Source: Squalus acanthias | Taxonomy: Eukaryota | Reading direction: 5' to 3' | Length of the DNA stretch: 64,000 nucleotides | Assembly (NCBI GenBank): GCA_030390025.1 | Contig: CM059433.1 | Span: 29,018,001 to 29,082,000, forward strand | Part shown: one piece after another, positions 24,590-37,945 of the stretch | Layout: each line of letters starts with the position of its first letter | How positions within the stretch are numbered: position 1 is the stretch's first letter | Notes under the pieces: model-generated | Databases searched by the model: none | What the model was told of the DNA's origin: nothing | The model's input: only the letters and a program-made list of their open reading frames with translations | Position numbers and translations under genes: made by a program

Positions 24590-26195
24590 TAAGAGGGAAC
24601 CAGTGGATGTGGTGTATTTGGATTTTCAAAAAGCATTCGATAAGGTGCCACACAAGAGGTTATTACAGATAATTAGGGCTCATGGGATTGGGGGTAATAT
24701 ATTAGCATGGATTGAGGATTGGTTAAAGGACAGAAAACAGGGAGTAGGAATAAACGGGTCATTTTTGGGTTGGCAGGCTGTAACTAGTGGGGTACCGCAA
24801 GGATCAGTGCTTGGGCCTCAGCTATTTACAATTTATATTAATGACTTAGATGAGGGGACCGAGTGCAATGTATCCAAGTTTGCTGACAATACAAAGCTAG
24901 GTGGGAAAGTAAGTTGTGAGTAGGATGTAAAGAGGCTGCAAAGGGATATAGACCAGTTAAGTGAGTGGGCAAGAACATGGCAGATGGAATATAATGTGGA
25001 GAAATGTGAAGTTATCCACTTTGCTAGGAAAAATAGAAAAACAGAATATTTTTTAAATGGTGAGAGATTAGGAAATGTTGGTATTCAGAGGGACCTGGGT
25101 GTCCTTGTACACGAATCACAGAAAGTTAACATACAGGTACAGCAAGCAATTAGGAAAGCAAATAGTATGCTAGCCTTTATTACAAAAGGTTTGGAGTTTA
25201 AGAGTAAAGACGTCTTACTGCAATTATATAGGGCCTTGGTGAGACCACACCTGGAGTACTGTGTACAGTTTTGGTCTCCTTACCTTAGGAAGGATATACT
25301 TGCCTTGAGGGAGTGCAGACTAATTCCTTGGATGGAGGGATTGTCCTGTGAGGAGAGATTGAGGAGACTAGGCCTATATTCCCTAGAATTTAGAAGAACG
25401 AGAGGTAAACTCATTGAAACGTATAAAATTCTTACAGGGTTTTACAGGATAGATGGTGGGAGGTTGTTTCCCCTGGCTAGGGAATCTAGAACTAGGGGTC
25501 AGTCTCAGGATAAGGGATCGGCCATGTAGGAATGAGATGAGGTGAAATTTCTTCACTCAAAGGGTTGTGAATCTTTGGGATTCTCTACCCCAGAGGGCTG
25601 TGGATGCTCAGTCATTGAGTATATTCAAGGCAGAGATCGATAGATTTTTGGATATTAAGGGAATCAAGGGATATGGGGATAGTGCGGGAAGGTGGAGTTG
25701 AGGTCGAAGATTAGCTATGTTCTTACTGAATGGCTGAACAGGCCAAATGGCCTACTCCTGCTCCTATTTCTTACGTTTTTATGACAGATTCAACAGCAAT
25801 TGTAACTCCGCGTGTGCGATATTCATCCATGCACACAGGCGCTCCAAAGTAACAAACACGAACCTTAAAGCAACTGCGGATTGGTGCGAAGTTGTATTTG
25901 TGACTTTGACACAGTCTGCCTACGTCCACAAGTGTCGGCAGCAGCGCTGAACATGCACTGCTGGCTTGTGATGGAGCAGTCAGCCCATCTACCGTCAGAT
26001 CCAAAGAGGACGCAACTTGTGTGCCGCCCCCAGCAACCAATAATCAGAGGCGCCAGGCAAAACACTCTCTCAGGGAATGTCTTGGTGCCTTTGATGATAC
26101 TGGCATCATCAAGTTTGCTTCACAGAGTTCACATTTCCGATGATGCCTTTCTGTCTCAGACAACGGAGTCTTGGGTGGTAGCGCGTAACAGGCGA

Positions 26196-26518
26196 TAGCT
26201 GTTATTTCCTCTGGCGGGGGAGCCCAGAACAAGGGGCATAACCTTAAAATTAAAGCTGAGCCATGTGGGGGTGATGTCCGGAAGCACTTCTTCACACAAA
26301 AGCCAGTGGAAATCTGGAACTCTCTCCCCCAAAAAGCTGTTGAGGTTGGGGGTCAACTGAAAATTTCACCACTGAGATTAATAGATTTTTGTTAGGCAAG
26401 GGTATTAAGGGTTACGGAACCAAGGTGGGTAGATGGAGTTAAGATACAGATCCACCATAACCTAACTGAATGGCGGAACAGACTCGGGCTGAACGGCCTC
26501 CTCCTGTTCCTATGTTTC
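26196..26518 (+). mobile_element. CR1 3' fragment
   Basis: TTCTTCACACAAAAG...TGGAACTCTCTCCC and CTCCTGTTCCTATGTTT tail. Confidence 0.75.
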
Positions 26519-26689
26519 TACGATAGCGAATCGGCAGCCTGTTTTGTACTCCGCCTGATTTTCTTTTCCATTCCGAAGGTGTGTAAAACGGGTTTCTGAT
26601 TCGCTATCATCCATTTTGCTAGCATCCAAGACAAATTCATGCCTCAACATCTCTAAAATAAATAGTGTACTATATTCTAGCATTGTGAC

Positions 26690-26828
26690 CAATGTTCCCT
26701 CTAAGGTCCCGCGCAGGCCGCTCACCGGCTTCTCCATTGTAAATACGCGCAAGTGTTGAAATTTAAAGGGACCGCGCACTAAAAGAAACAGGCCGCAAGG
26801 AACAAAGCGCAGCTTACAGGGGACATTA
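26690..26828. mobile_element. hAT-type MITE, same family
   Basis: CAATGTTCCC ... GGGACATTA; flanks ATTGTGAC / ATTGTTAC (7/8 TSD). Confidence 0.75.
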
Positions 26829-27445
26829 ATTGTTACTCACCTCGAGGTATAAATTATTCTTTATTCAAGAGACTCAGAAGGAAAAGTGTTGAAATGCATA
26901 CAGAAGCCAGAATAAGTGGTTTATATTGAAATTACTGTCGCACATTTCTCTGCTCCGTCTTCATATTTTCTCCTTCCTCTCTGGAACTATTACCCCAGCA
27001 GGAGGTGGCGCCAAGAAACTCAGGCCCTGAAGTCTCCCAAGTGCTCTTTCTTCATATGTCAATCTAGACAATTGTCTGTTGGCTGTTCAACCATGTGGGG
27101 TTGGGACATCACAAGTTAAGTCTGATCCTGTCCTCCCCGGTCCGCCACATGCATGCTCTTTCTAGCAGGGATCACAAGGCTTGCGATCAGGAGCAGGGAC
27201 TACGCATTATTTTTCCCTCTCCCTGGCTCAAGGGCACTCGGACCAATGCTTCTTTTTATCTTGATCACTTCAGTGATATTAATTTTCAAATATTTTGACT
27301 TTTTGTGGCCTTTTCACATCCTGAATATTAAGTCTCTGCCCTAAAATGCAGAGACACCAACAACCAACAGACTTAGCATAGATTGCCATACAACTGGAGG
27401 GTTGATAACAGCTCCAGGTCAGATTCTTGCATTGTTACAAGTCTA

Positions 27446-29355
27446 GGTTACGATACAGTAAGGTGCCTGGTTACAATATGGTAAGGTGCCTGGGTTACGA
27501 TATGGTAAGGTGCCTGGGTAACGATACAGTAAGGTGCCTGGGTTACGATACGGTAGGTGCCTGGGTTACGATACAGTAAGGTGCCTGGGTTACAATATGG
27601 TAAGGTGCCTGGGTTACGATATGGTAAGGTGCCTGGGTAACGATACAGTAAGGTGCCTGGGTTACGATACGGTAGGTGCCTGGGTTACGATACAGTAGGT
27701 GCCTGGGTTACGATACGGTAGGTGCCTGGGTTACAATACGGTAGGTGCCTGGGTTACGATACGGTAGGTGCCTGGGTTACGATACGGTAAGGTGCCTGGG
27801 TTACGATACGGTAAGGTGCCTGGGTTACGATACGGTAAGGTGCCTGGGTTACGATACGGTAAGGTGCCTGGGTTACGATACGGTAAGGTGCCTGGGTTAC
27901 GATACGGTAGGTGCCTGGGTTACGATACGGTAAGGTGCCTGGGTTACGATACGGTAAGGTGCCTGGGTTACGATACGGTAAGGTGCCTGGGTTACGATAC
28001 GGTAAGGTGCCTGGGTTACGATACGGTAGGTGCCTGGGTTACGATACAGTAAGGTGCCTGGGTTACGAAACGGTAAGGTGCCTGGGTTACGATACGGTAG
28101 GTGCCTGGGTTACGAAACGGTAGGTGCCTGGGTTACGATACGGAAGGTGCCTGGGTTACGATACGGTAGGTGCCTGGGTTACGATACGGTAGGTGCCTGG
28201 GTTATGATACAGTAATGGAATATAGAACATGGCAAATGGAATATAATGTGGAGAAATGTGAAGTTATCCACTTTGGTAGGAAAAGTAGAAATGCAGAGTA
28301 TTTTTTAAATGGTGAGAGATTGGGAAATGTTGGTGTTCAGAGGGACCTGGGTGTCCTTGTACACGAATCACTGAAAGTTAGCATGCAGGTACAGCAAGCA
28401 ATTAGGAAAGCAAATGGTATGTTGACCTTTATTACAAGAGGATTTGAGTATAAGAGTAAAGATGTCTTACTGCAATTATATAGGGCCCTGGTGAGACCAC
28501 GCCTGGTGTACTGTGTACAGTTTTGGTCTCCTTACCTAAGGAAGGACATACTTGCCATAGAGGGAGTGCAACGAATGTTCACCAGACTGGTTCCTGAGAT
28601 GGGGGGATTGTCCTATGAGGAGAGATTGAGTAGACTAGGCCTATATTCTCTAGAGTTTAGAAGAATGAGAGGTGATCTCATTGAAACATACAAAATTCTT
28701 ACAGGGCTTGACAGGGTAGATGCTGGGAGGATGTTTCCCCTGGCTGGAGTGTCTAGAACCAGGGGTCACAGTCTCAGAATAAGGGGTCGGCCATTTAGGA
28801 CTGAGATGAGGAGAAATTTCTTCACTCAGAGAGTAGTGAATCTTTGGAATTCTCTACCCCAGAGGGCTGTGGAGGCTCAGTCGTTGAGTATATTCAAGAC
28901 AGAGATCGATAGATTTTTAAATATTAAGGGAATCAAGGGATATGGGGATAGTGCAGGAAAGTGGAGATGAGGTAGAAGATCAGCCATGATATAATTGAAT
29001 GGCGGAGCAGGCTCGAAGGGCCAAATGGCCTACTCCTGCTCCTGTTTCTTATGTAAGGTGGCCTGAGTTAAGATACGGTAAGATGGCTGAGTTACGATAC
29101 GGTAGGTGCCCTGGGTTACAATACGGTAGGTGCCTGGGTTACAATACGGTAGGTGCCTGGGTTACGATACGGTAGGTGCCTGGGTTACGATATGGTAGGT
29201 GCCTGGGTTACGATACAGTAGGTGCCTGGGTTACGATACGGTAGGTACCTGGGTTACGATACGGTAGGTGCCTGGGTTACGATATGGTAGGTGCCTGGGT
29301 TATGATACGGTAAGGTGCCTGGATTGCTATACAGTTGGTGTCTGGGTTACAATAT
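27446..29355. repeat. 21-22 bp minisatellite GGTGCCTGGGTTACGATACGGTA(A), split by CR1 (28216-29052)
   Basis: Direct tandem units at 27446-28215 and ~29053-29355. Confidence 0.95.
28216..29052 (+). mobile_element. CR1 3' fragment inserted in minisatellite
   Basis: WQMEYNVEKCEVIHFG...RRNFFTQRVVNLWNSLP; repeat resumes at ~29053. Confidence 0.92.
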
Positions 29356-30234
29356 GGTAGTATATGGAAAACAATGAAATCCAAATTAATTTCAACATTG
29401 TTATTTATGTGTGTAGCACCAACAAGTATTGCAGCAAGTGTTTTCATGGTATGTCACATTGATATGTCATGGCCAATATCACATTGCTGTTTGTGGGAGC
29501 TTGCTGTGCGCAAATTGGTTGCCGCGTTTCCTACATTACAACAGTGACTACAATTCAAAAGCACTTCATTGATCTAAAGCGCTTTGGGACGTTCTGAGGT
29601 TGTGAAATGTGCTATATAAATGCAAGTCTTCCTTTCTTTATTTTCCATTGTCACTGTATTTTGACACAGCTATTGAATGAAACACTACCTCCCAAAAACA
29701 AAACAACCATTGCAACGCTGCACTCCAGAATGAAGCATATATAACAAAAAAAATCATTCAAAAGGTACGTACAAACTATGATAAATCCCAACTAAGTTTC
29801 AGTGTTCCATTTTGGGAATGGAAAATACTTCAAACTGAAAATAGACACTTCAACTTTGATAGCAGCATCATTACTGAAATCAAGACATTAAGGGCTGGAT
29901 TTTGCCGGCGCTCAGAGGGTTGGTTTGGAGACGGGTCTGGTGTCAAAATAGCAAAGATTGACAGCGGGTAGGAAACCGCTGAGACAATTGAGAGCATTAA
30001 ATGGCTTGTTAACAGCCAATTTAATGCTATTTTGAGGCTGCCTTCCAATTTTACGTGCTCCCCATGGGTTACCCGCTGCTCGGGGAACACGCCAGCTCAC
30101 CCTGGTGTGAGTTGAGTTTGCTCTGATGTATCTGATAAGCTGACAGCTGCAGAAGTGGTGTAAAGGATGCCATGTTGCAGATGGTCAGTTTCACAGCGCA
30201 GAAACTGTTGGTTACTGCATTTGTAAGACATATA

Positions 30235-30999
30235 GGCCCAGAAATTCGTCCGAATACGGGAGAGTACGCACTGTGTACTCACCCATATTCGGTCCCGAAG
30301 TGCCGGTTTTCTGCATGCACTGCGCATGCGCGGGAAACCGGCACTTCCGATATTGCGAAGGGGGCGGTTCCTAAGTGAACCGCGTGCGCACTACAGGCTG
30401 TGCGCACGCAGCACACTTAGTTTTTTTTTCAGGTTTGAACGCGAAGCTAAGTGTTGAAGATTTTACACATGAAGAAAGGAGGCGTAAGACCCCCTTTTAA
30501 CAAGGTAAGTAGTTAATTAAGTATTATTTAAAAATTTTTCAACAGGTTTATCTTTTTTAGAGACTTTAAAGAAAGGTAAGTTTATTTTTATAACTTTTAA
30601 AAAGAATTTAAATTTTTTCAACAATTTAAATTTTTGTTTAAAGTGGTTAATTTATTTAACTATAGTTATTTTATTAATGTGATGGTTTTTAAAAAAAATT
30701 TAATTGAGGTTTAGCTGTTCTTTTGGGGGCAAGTTGTATTCATAGCTTTGACAGCTCTTCCTGTCAAAACTATGAATGAAAGATGGTGTGCTGCCATTGG
30801 CTCTAACTGGCCCACGTGATCCCAGAGGTCGCATCGAACTAACTGCGCCTCTGGGACACACACACACTGCGCGCCGGCACCAGGGAGAGGCCCAGGAACT
30901 GAAGTTCGTGTGGGCCAAAACCATAAAGGCAGGCGCGGAGTGCGATATCGCGGGGGATCCTTACCCCCGCGGCAACCATCGAAGTCCAATTTGTGGGCC
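30235..30999. mobile_element. Harbinger-type MITE nested in 29892-33320
   Basis: GGCCCAGAAATT ... AATTTGTGGGCC with ATA TSD; AT-rich core. Confidence 0.8.
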
Positions 31000-32032
31000 A
31001 TAGAGATTTCTTTAGCTTGCAAGTGTTTAGAGCCAACTGTATGTCCAGTGCCACCTCATTGGAACAATCTCTCTCACCATTGACAGATCGCTTCTGTCAT
31101 CTCACCTGCAGCTGCCATCTATTGCAGCAACATCGGTGCCCTTGAAACCATCTCACCTTGCTCCGCTGATTCCTTCCACGATCAGCCCCAACACCAACAC
31201 CACCAGGCACACCAGCAGCACCAACAACAACACCAACCTTCTCCACCATCACCTGATGTTGCACAGGACACAGGTCATCAGCCCCTGACAACATTGCTGC
31301 CCGGGAGGCCAGCAATGGCATCACCATGGCCAGATTTACTTCACTTGACGATATAAACCCTGGTTGCCACATGTGCGCCAGGTTGACACCATCCCACACC
31401 AGCACCGTAAAGCATCCCTTTAATGTCCAAGCCATTCCATGCACACTCATCACTATAGTGGGGGGTGGGGGAAATGGGGGGAAGTTATGTCTCAACATTC
31501 ACTGGAACTCAGTAAGACACTTCTGAAGGTGCACACAGATCTGTGAATAAGGTGAAGTGTTGAAAATATAGATTTCACTGTATGACAACACATTACTAGA
31601 AACTTCACATGAACATTGGCTGAACCTCTCAAGTGCCTACCCTTGTGTGCTGTTAGTTGGTAGTAGGATGAGGGTGAGTTTGAGGGGTGGCTAGTGAGAT
31701 GGGGATGTGATAATGTAGATAGAGAGGGATAGGTGTAGGTGCAAGGTAAGTTGGTGTGAGTAAGGATGTGCAGGAGAAGGTTATAGAAGGCAGAGTGATG
31801 GGGATGTGTTGAGTGGCACAGCATGATGAGGTTGAGTGTGGCTTTGCAGTAACGTTTCATGATCTACTGAGATCATTGAAAGGTTGGCACCACTGCAGCC
31901 AGGGACTCCTGACGATATCCTTGCTTTTGTCTTCCTGTGCAATGTGCAACCAGGCTGCGTTGGTGTCCTGGGGAGGTCTCTTCTGCCCTTGGAAGGGAAG
32001 AGAATCTCCCTGCATGCCGTAACTCCCTCCAT

Positions 32033-32995
32033 AAGCAGAGGGGACTAAGTGTAACATTTCCAAATTTGCTGATGATACAAAGCTAGGTGGCAGTGTCAGT
32101 TGCGAAGAGGATGTGAAGAGGCTTCAAGGGGATCTCGACAGGCTCAGTGAGTGGGCGAGAACATGGCAGATGGAATATAATGTGGATAAATGTGAAGTTA
32201 TCCACTTTGGTAGAAAAAACAGAAAGGCAGAGTATTTCCTAAATGGTGAAAGATTGGGGAATGCAGATGCTCAAAGGGACCTGGGTGTCCTTGTACATGA
32301 GTCACTGAAAGTGAATGTGCAGGTGCAGCAAGCCATTGGGAAGGCAAATGGTATGCTGGCCTTCATTACAAGAGGATTTGAGTACAGGAGTAAAGAGTTC
32401 TTACTCCAATTATATAGGGCCTTGGTGAGACCACACCTGGAGTACGGTGTACAATTTTGGTCTCCTTACCTAAGGAAGGATATACTTGCCATAGAGGGAG
32501 TGCAACGAAGGTTCACGAGATTGATTCCTGGGATGGTGGGACTGTCGTATGAGAAGAGTTTGAGTAAACTAGGCCTGTATTCTCTTGAATTTAGAAGAAT
32601 GAGAGGGAATCTCATTGAAGCATACAAAATTATTACAGGGCTTGATAGGATGGATGCTGGGAGAATGTTTCCCTTGGCTGGGGAGTCTAGAACCAGGGGC
32701 CACAGCCTCAAGATAAAGGGTAGGCCATTCAGGACTGAGATGAGAAGAAATTTCTTCACACAGAGGGTGGTGAATCTTTGGAATTCTCTACCCCAGAGGG
32801 CTGTGGAGGCTCAGTCATTGGGTATATTCAAAACAGAAGTCGACAGATTTCTGACTAGTAAGGGCATCAAGGGATATGGCGATAGGGCCGGTGAATGGAG
32901 TTGAGGCAGACGATCAGCCATGATCTCATTGAATGGCGGAGCAGGCTCGAAGGGCCGAATGGCCTACTCCTGCTCCTATTTCTTCTGTTCTTACG
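32033..32995 (+). mobile_element. CR1 3' fragment inserted in Harbinger Myb relic
   Basis: KFADDTK followed by 263-aa ORF 32113-32904 and CR1 tail. Confidence 0.92.
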
Positions 32996-34491
32996 TCATG
33001 GGAGAGCCTGGGTGCAACCGTCCACCTTTGTGCAGTGCTTGTCAGTGTTTGCAGCACCTCAATGCTGTAAAACACTGACAGAACAACTGTCAATCTCCAG
33101 GTGGTCGTGGTCCCTTTAAGGAAACCGGCTGATGACACGTCATCAAATGACGTCATCAGACCCGCTTCCTATTAATTGGCTGGGAAGCCTGCAGGGCGGG
33201 CTTAACAAGGCCAATCAAGGGAAATTCCCTTTGACAGAGTGGCTGCAGCCGGGAGCGGGACCGGAACCCGGCAACCTGCTATCCCGCCTCCATCCCGACA
33301 CCGCTGAGAAAATCCAGCCCTAAGGTTCAGAACAGACACATGGCATAAGCCTGTTTTTTGCCAAACACACAATTTCCTCTTCCGATCACTGGAGGAGGCA
33401 ACCTCTGTGACCTCGGGAGTTTACACCATAAATGTTAGGCTAACAAAGGCTTGGATTTTATACTGTTAATTTTCAGAGAATTAGTCCCTCTATACTTCCT
33501 AAACAAGCGTTCCCTTCAACATGCTGAGGCCATTTTAGAACCGTCAGTGCAGCAATAAACTAATTGTGTCCCAATCCTTGCCATCTACAGCTCTAGGAAA
33601 CATCTCTTCATATACAATACACATTCTTCATTGTGCTCCCCTGTGAATGCAGCGTGCTCCAACTAACGTTGCAGTAACATTATTTATTTAACACCGCAGA
33701 ATACCCTGGAATGTTTTGTTGATTTAAATCCAGATAACTATGGACACAATAGAGAATCATAATACTTCTTATGGCTGTATAACTATCATTAACAAAGGGC
33801 AGCTATCAGAACAGGCAGATGGCACACACAAAAGCAGATATTAACCCATCTTCAGCGAAGGTATAATAACATTTAGCCAAGTACAGTCTACAACTGGCTT
33901 CCCAATGCATTTTGCATTGAATGGAGAACGATGAAAGCTGGAAATTTTGGATTGGATTTAAAAAAAAACGTTACTTTAAATAGTGTGTTTTCATGCCGAA
34001 AATATTCCTGCAAGTAAAAGCAAAGGGGGTCTGAGATGGTGAGTAGTTAAGATGCTAATGATCAGGGCTTGATGCTGTCCCCTCGTAGACTGCAAATAAT
34101 CAGCTTGCCTCAGTAGCTGAAAAACACATTACAGTACATAGAATCTACAGCACAGAAACAGGCGATTCAGCCCCACTGGTGTTTATTCTCCACACAATCC
34201 TCTTCCCAGTCTAATTACCTCTTCCCATCCTGCCCCCGGATCTCTCTATTCCCTTCTCCCTCATGTCTGCATCAAGCCTCCACTTAAATGCATCAATGCT
34301 CTCTGATTCAACCATGTCATGTGGCAGCGAGTTCCACATTCTCACCACTCATTCGTGTAAGGAAATTCCTCCGAAATTCTTTGATTAATGTTAGCGGTTC
34401 TCTTACATTTATGGCTTCTTATAACACTTGAGACCCACGTCACAGGAGTGGCAGTGGTGCAATGAGGCCGATACACGTTGGCCTCTCCCGG

Positions 34492-34654
34492 GAATGTTCC
34501 CTTTAAGCGGTGTGGCCGAGCAGCGCTCTGGAGCTCCCGCGCAGGCTGCTTGCCGGCTTTCCAATGGCAAAAAACCGCGCATGCGCGATAATTTGAGTGG
34601 CCTCGCAGCCCGTTAAAGGGCCTGCGCACCAAAAACAGATTAACGGGAACATTG
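34492..34654. mobile_element. hAT-type MITE, same family
   Basis: AATGTTCCC ... GGGAACATTG; interior matches the 18079 copy. Confidence 0.72.
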
Positions 34655-35108
34655 CTCCCATGATGTCAACACCTCTGCTCATTCTCCGCTCTTGCATCCA
34701 ATACCTGCCATGGTGCCAGCGTTAGCCAGGCTAGACTGCGAATAGTCTGGAGAGTGGTTTCAACAATTCAGAAACTGGAGGACTGGGCCTTGTTGCTGAT
34801 TCGACACTGACCTTTCACATTGGGAAACCTGGTTTCAAATCCAGCTCAGACTGATGGCCTGAAAGTTAGTTGTCTCAGCTGGAGGTAAAAGGCTAATGGG
34901 CATTCTCTACTCTGTTCTCAGTAGGCGTGACCGGACAGCGCATCACTGCCATTCATTTGCGAATAATTTTCAGGAAATTTGTAATCTCACTCCGAGAGAA
35001 GAGGAAGCCTGGTGCGGGAAATGTGGGTGTGGGGGTGAAAGGTGTGTATTGGACTGGCGCTAAAGTGTTCTGTAGGGCAGAGTACAGAGAGCTTTACTGT
35101 GCCTGAAG

Positions 35109-37787
35109 GATTGTTACTGATACTGCGCTGGGGGGGGGGGGGGGGGGGGGCGGGGGGGTGGTGGATTGTTACTGACACTGGGCTGGGGGGGGGGGGATTG
35201 TTACTGACACTGGACTGGGGGGGGGGGGAATTGTTGTTACTGACACTGGACTGGGGGGGGGGGGGTTGTTACTGACATGGGGGGCATTGTTACTGACACT
35301 GGGCTGGGGTGATTGTTACTGACACTGGACTGTGGGGGGGGGATTGTTACTGACATGGGGGGGGATTGTTACTGACACTGGGCTGGGGGGGATTGTTACT
35401 GACATGGGGGGGATTGTTACTGACACTGGGCTGGGGGGATTGTTACTGACACTGGGCTGGGGGGGATTGTTACTGACATTGGGGGGGGGATTGTTACTGA
35501 TACTGGGCTGGGGAGGATTGTTACTGACACTGGGCTGGGGGGATTGTTACTGACATTGGGCTGAGGGAATTGTTACTGACACTGGGCTGGGGGGGGATTG
35601 TTACTGACATTGGGCTGGGGGAATTGTTACTGACATGGGGGGGATTGTTACTGATACTGGGCTGGGGAGGATTGTTACTGACACTGGGCTGGGGGGGGAT
35701 TGTTACTGACATGGGGGGGGATTGTTACTGACACTGGGCTGGAGGGGGATTGTTACTGACATTGGGCTGGGGGAATTGTTACTGACACGGGGGGGATTGT
35801 TACTGACACGGGGGGGGATTGTTACTGACACTGGGGGGGTTGTTACTGACACTGGTGGGGGGATTGTTACTGACACGGTGGGGGGATTGTTACTGACACG
35901 GGGGGGGGGGGGATTGTTACTGACACTGGGGGGGGATTGTTACTGACACTGGGGGGGATTGTTACTGACACTGGGGGGGATTGTTACTGACACGGGGGGG
36001 GGGATTGTTACTGACACTGGGGGGGGGGATTGTTACTGACACTGGGGGGGATTGTTACTGACACTGGGGGGGATTGTTACTGACACTGGGGGGGATTGTT
36101 ACTGACACGGGGGGGGGATTGTTACTGACACTGGGGGGGGGATTGTCACTGACACTGGGGGGGATTGTTACTGACACTGGGGGCGGGGATTGTTACTGAC
36201 ACTGGGGGGGTTGTTACTGACACTGGTGGGGGGATTGTTACTGACACGGGGGGGATTGTTACTGACACGGGGGGCGGGGGGGATTGTTACTGACACGGGG
36301 GGGGATTGTTACTGACACGGGGGGGGGGGATTGTTACTGACACGGGGGGGGATTGTTACTGACACGGGGGGGGGATTGTTACTGACACTGGGGGGGGGGG
36401 GATTGTTACTGACACTGGGGGGGTTGTTACTGACACTGGTGGGGGGATTGTTACTGACACTGGCGGGGGGGGGATTGTTACTGGCACGGGGGGGATATTG
36501 TTACTGACACTGGGGGGGGGGGGATTGTTACTGGCACGGGGGGGATATTGTTACTGACACTGGGGGGATTGTTACTGACACGGGGAGGGTTACTGACACT
36601 GGGCTGTGAGGGGATTGTTACTGACACTGGAGGGGGATTGTTACTGACACGGGGGGGGGATTGTTACTGACACTGGGGGGGGGGATTGTTACAGACACTG
36701 GGGGGGATTGTTACTGACACGGGGGGGGTGGGTTGTTACTGACACTGGGGGGGATTGTTACTGACACTGGGGGGGATTGGTACTGACACTGGGGGGGATA
36801 TTGTTACTGACACTGGTGGGGGGATTGTTACTGACACTGGGGGGGATTGTTACTGACACTGGGGGGGGGATATTGTTACTGACACTGGGGAAGATTGTTA
36901 CTGACACTGGGGGGGATTGTTACTGGCACTGCGGGGGATATTGTTACTGACACTGGGGGGGGGTGATTGTTACTGACACGGGGGGGGGGGTTGTTACTGA
37001 TACTGGGGGGATTGTTACTGACATGGGGGGGATATTGTTACTGACACTGGGGGGGGTTGTTACTGACACTGGGGGGGGATTGTTACTGACACTGGGGGGG
37101 GATTGTTACTGACACTGGGGGGGAATGTTACTGTCACTGGGGGGGGGGGGGGATTGTTACTGACACTGGGGAGGGGGGATTGTTACTGACCCTGAGGGGG
37201 ATTTTTACTTACACTGGGCAGGGGGGGTGGTTGTTACTGACACTGCGGGGGGAGGTTGTTACTGACACTGGAGGGGGGGATTGTTACTGACACTGGGCTG
37301 GGGGGATTGTTACTGACACTGGGACGATTGTTACTGACACTGGGGGTAGATTGTTACTGACACTGGGGGTAGATTGTTACTGACACTGGGCTGGGGGGGA
37401 TTGTTACTGACACGGGGGGGATTGTTACTGACACTGGGGGGGGATTGTTACTGACACTGGGTGGGTGGATTTTACTGACACTGGGCTGGGGGGGATTGTT
37501 ACTGTCACTGGGATGGGATTGTTACTGACACTGGGGGGGGATTGTTACTGACACTGGGGGGGGATTGTTACTGACACTGGGGGGGGGTTGTTACTGACAG
37601 GGGGAGGGGGAATTGTTACTGACACGGGGGGTGGGATTGTTACTGACACTGGGGGCAGATTGTTACTGACACTGGGGGCGGATTGTTACTGACAGTGGGG
37701 GGGATTGTTACTGACACTGGGCTGGGGGGGGGTTGTTACTGACAGTGGGCTGGGGGTAATTGTTACTGATACTGGGGGGGGGGGGGG
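35109..37787. repeat. ~2.7 kb minisatellite GATTGTTACTGACAC(T)(GGGCT)-polyG
   Basis: Near-constant ~15 bp core separated by variable G runs; about 110-120 units estimated from length. Confidence 0.95.
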
Positions 37788-37945
37788 AATAATATTGGCT
37801 TGAGGCTTAATTTTATAAAATTATCGAAATAGGCATGCAAATAAAATGATTATTTTAATGCAAATCACACTGCCTTCAAAAACAAATCAAATTGCATTGT
37901 TACAGTGCTGCTCATGTGCATGAAGATGTCTTAATTTAGAATGCT

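Larger units (their letters stand above)
21785..25782 (+). mobile_element. CR1 LINE ORF2 (endonuclease end, RT, 3' UTR), degenerate, with two nested insertions
   Basis: [70 protein letters not shown]. Confidence 0.92.
29892..33320. mobile_element. Degenerate Harbinger element with Myb-like relic (-), carrying a nested MITE and CR1
   Basis: TIR GGGCTGGATTTT / AAAATCCAGCCC, TAA TSD. Minus-strand relic (EILFPSKGRR; AWLHIAQE...WLQWCQPFNDL) at ~31850-32032 continues as VAPRLSH past the CR1 at ~33000. Confidence 0.8.

Noticed and set aside
27745..28215. Repetitive ORFs (PGLRYGK / CLGYDTVR)
   Set aside because: Translations of the minisatellite, not supported genes.
35109..37787. CRISPR-like repeat/spacer appearance
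   Set aside because: Spacers are only G homopolymers, there are no cas genes, and the context is vertebrate.
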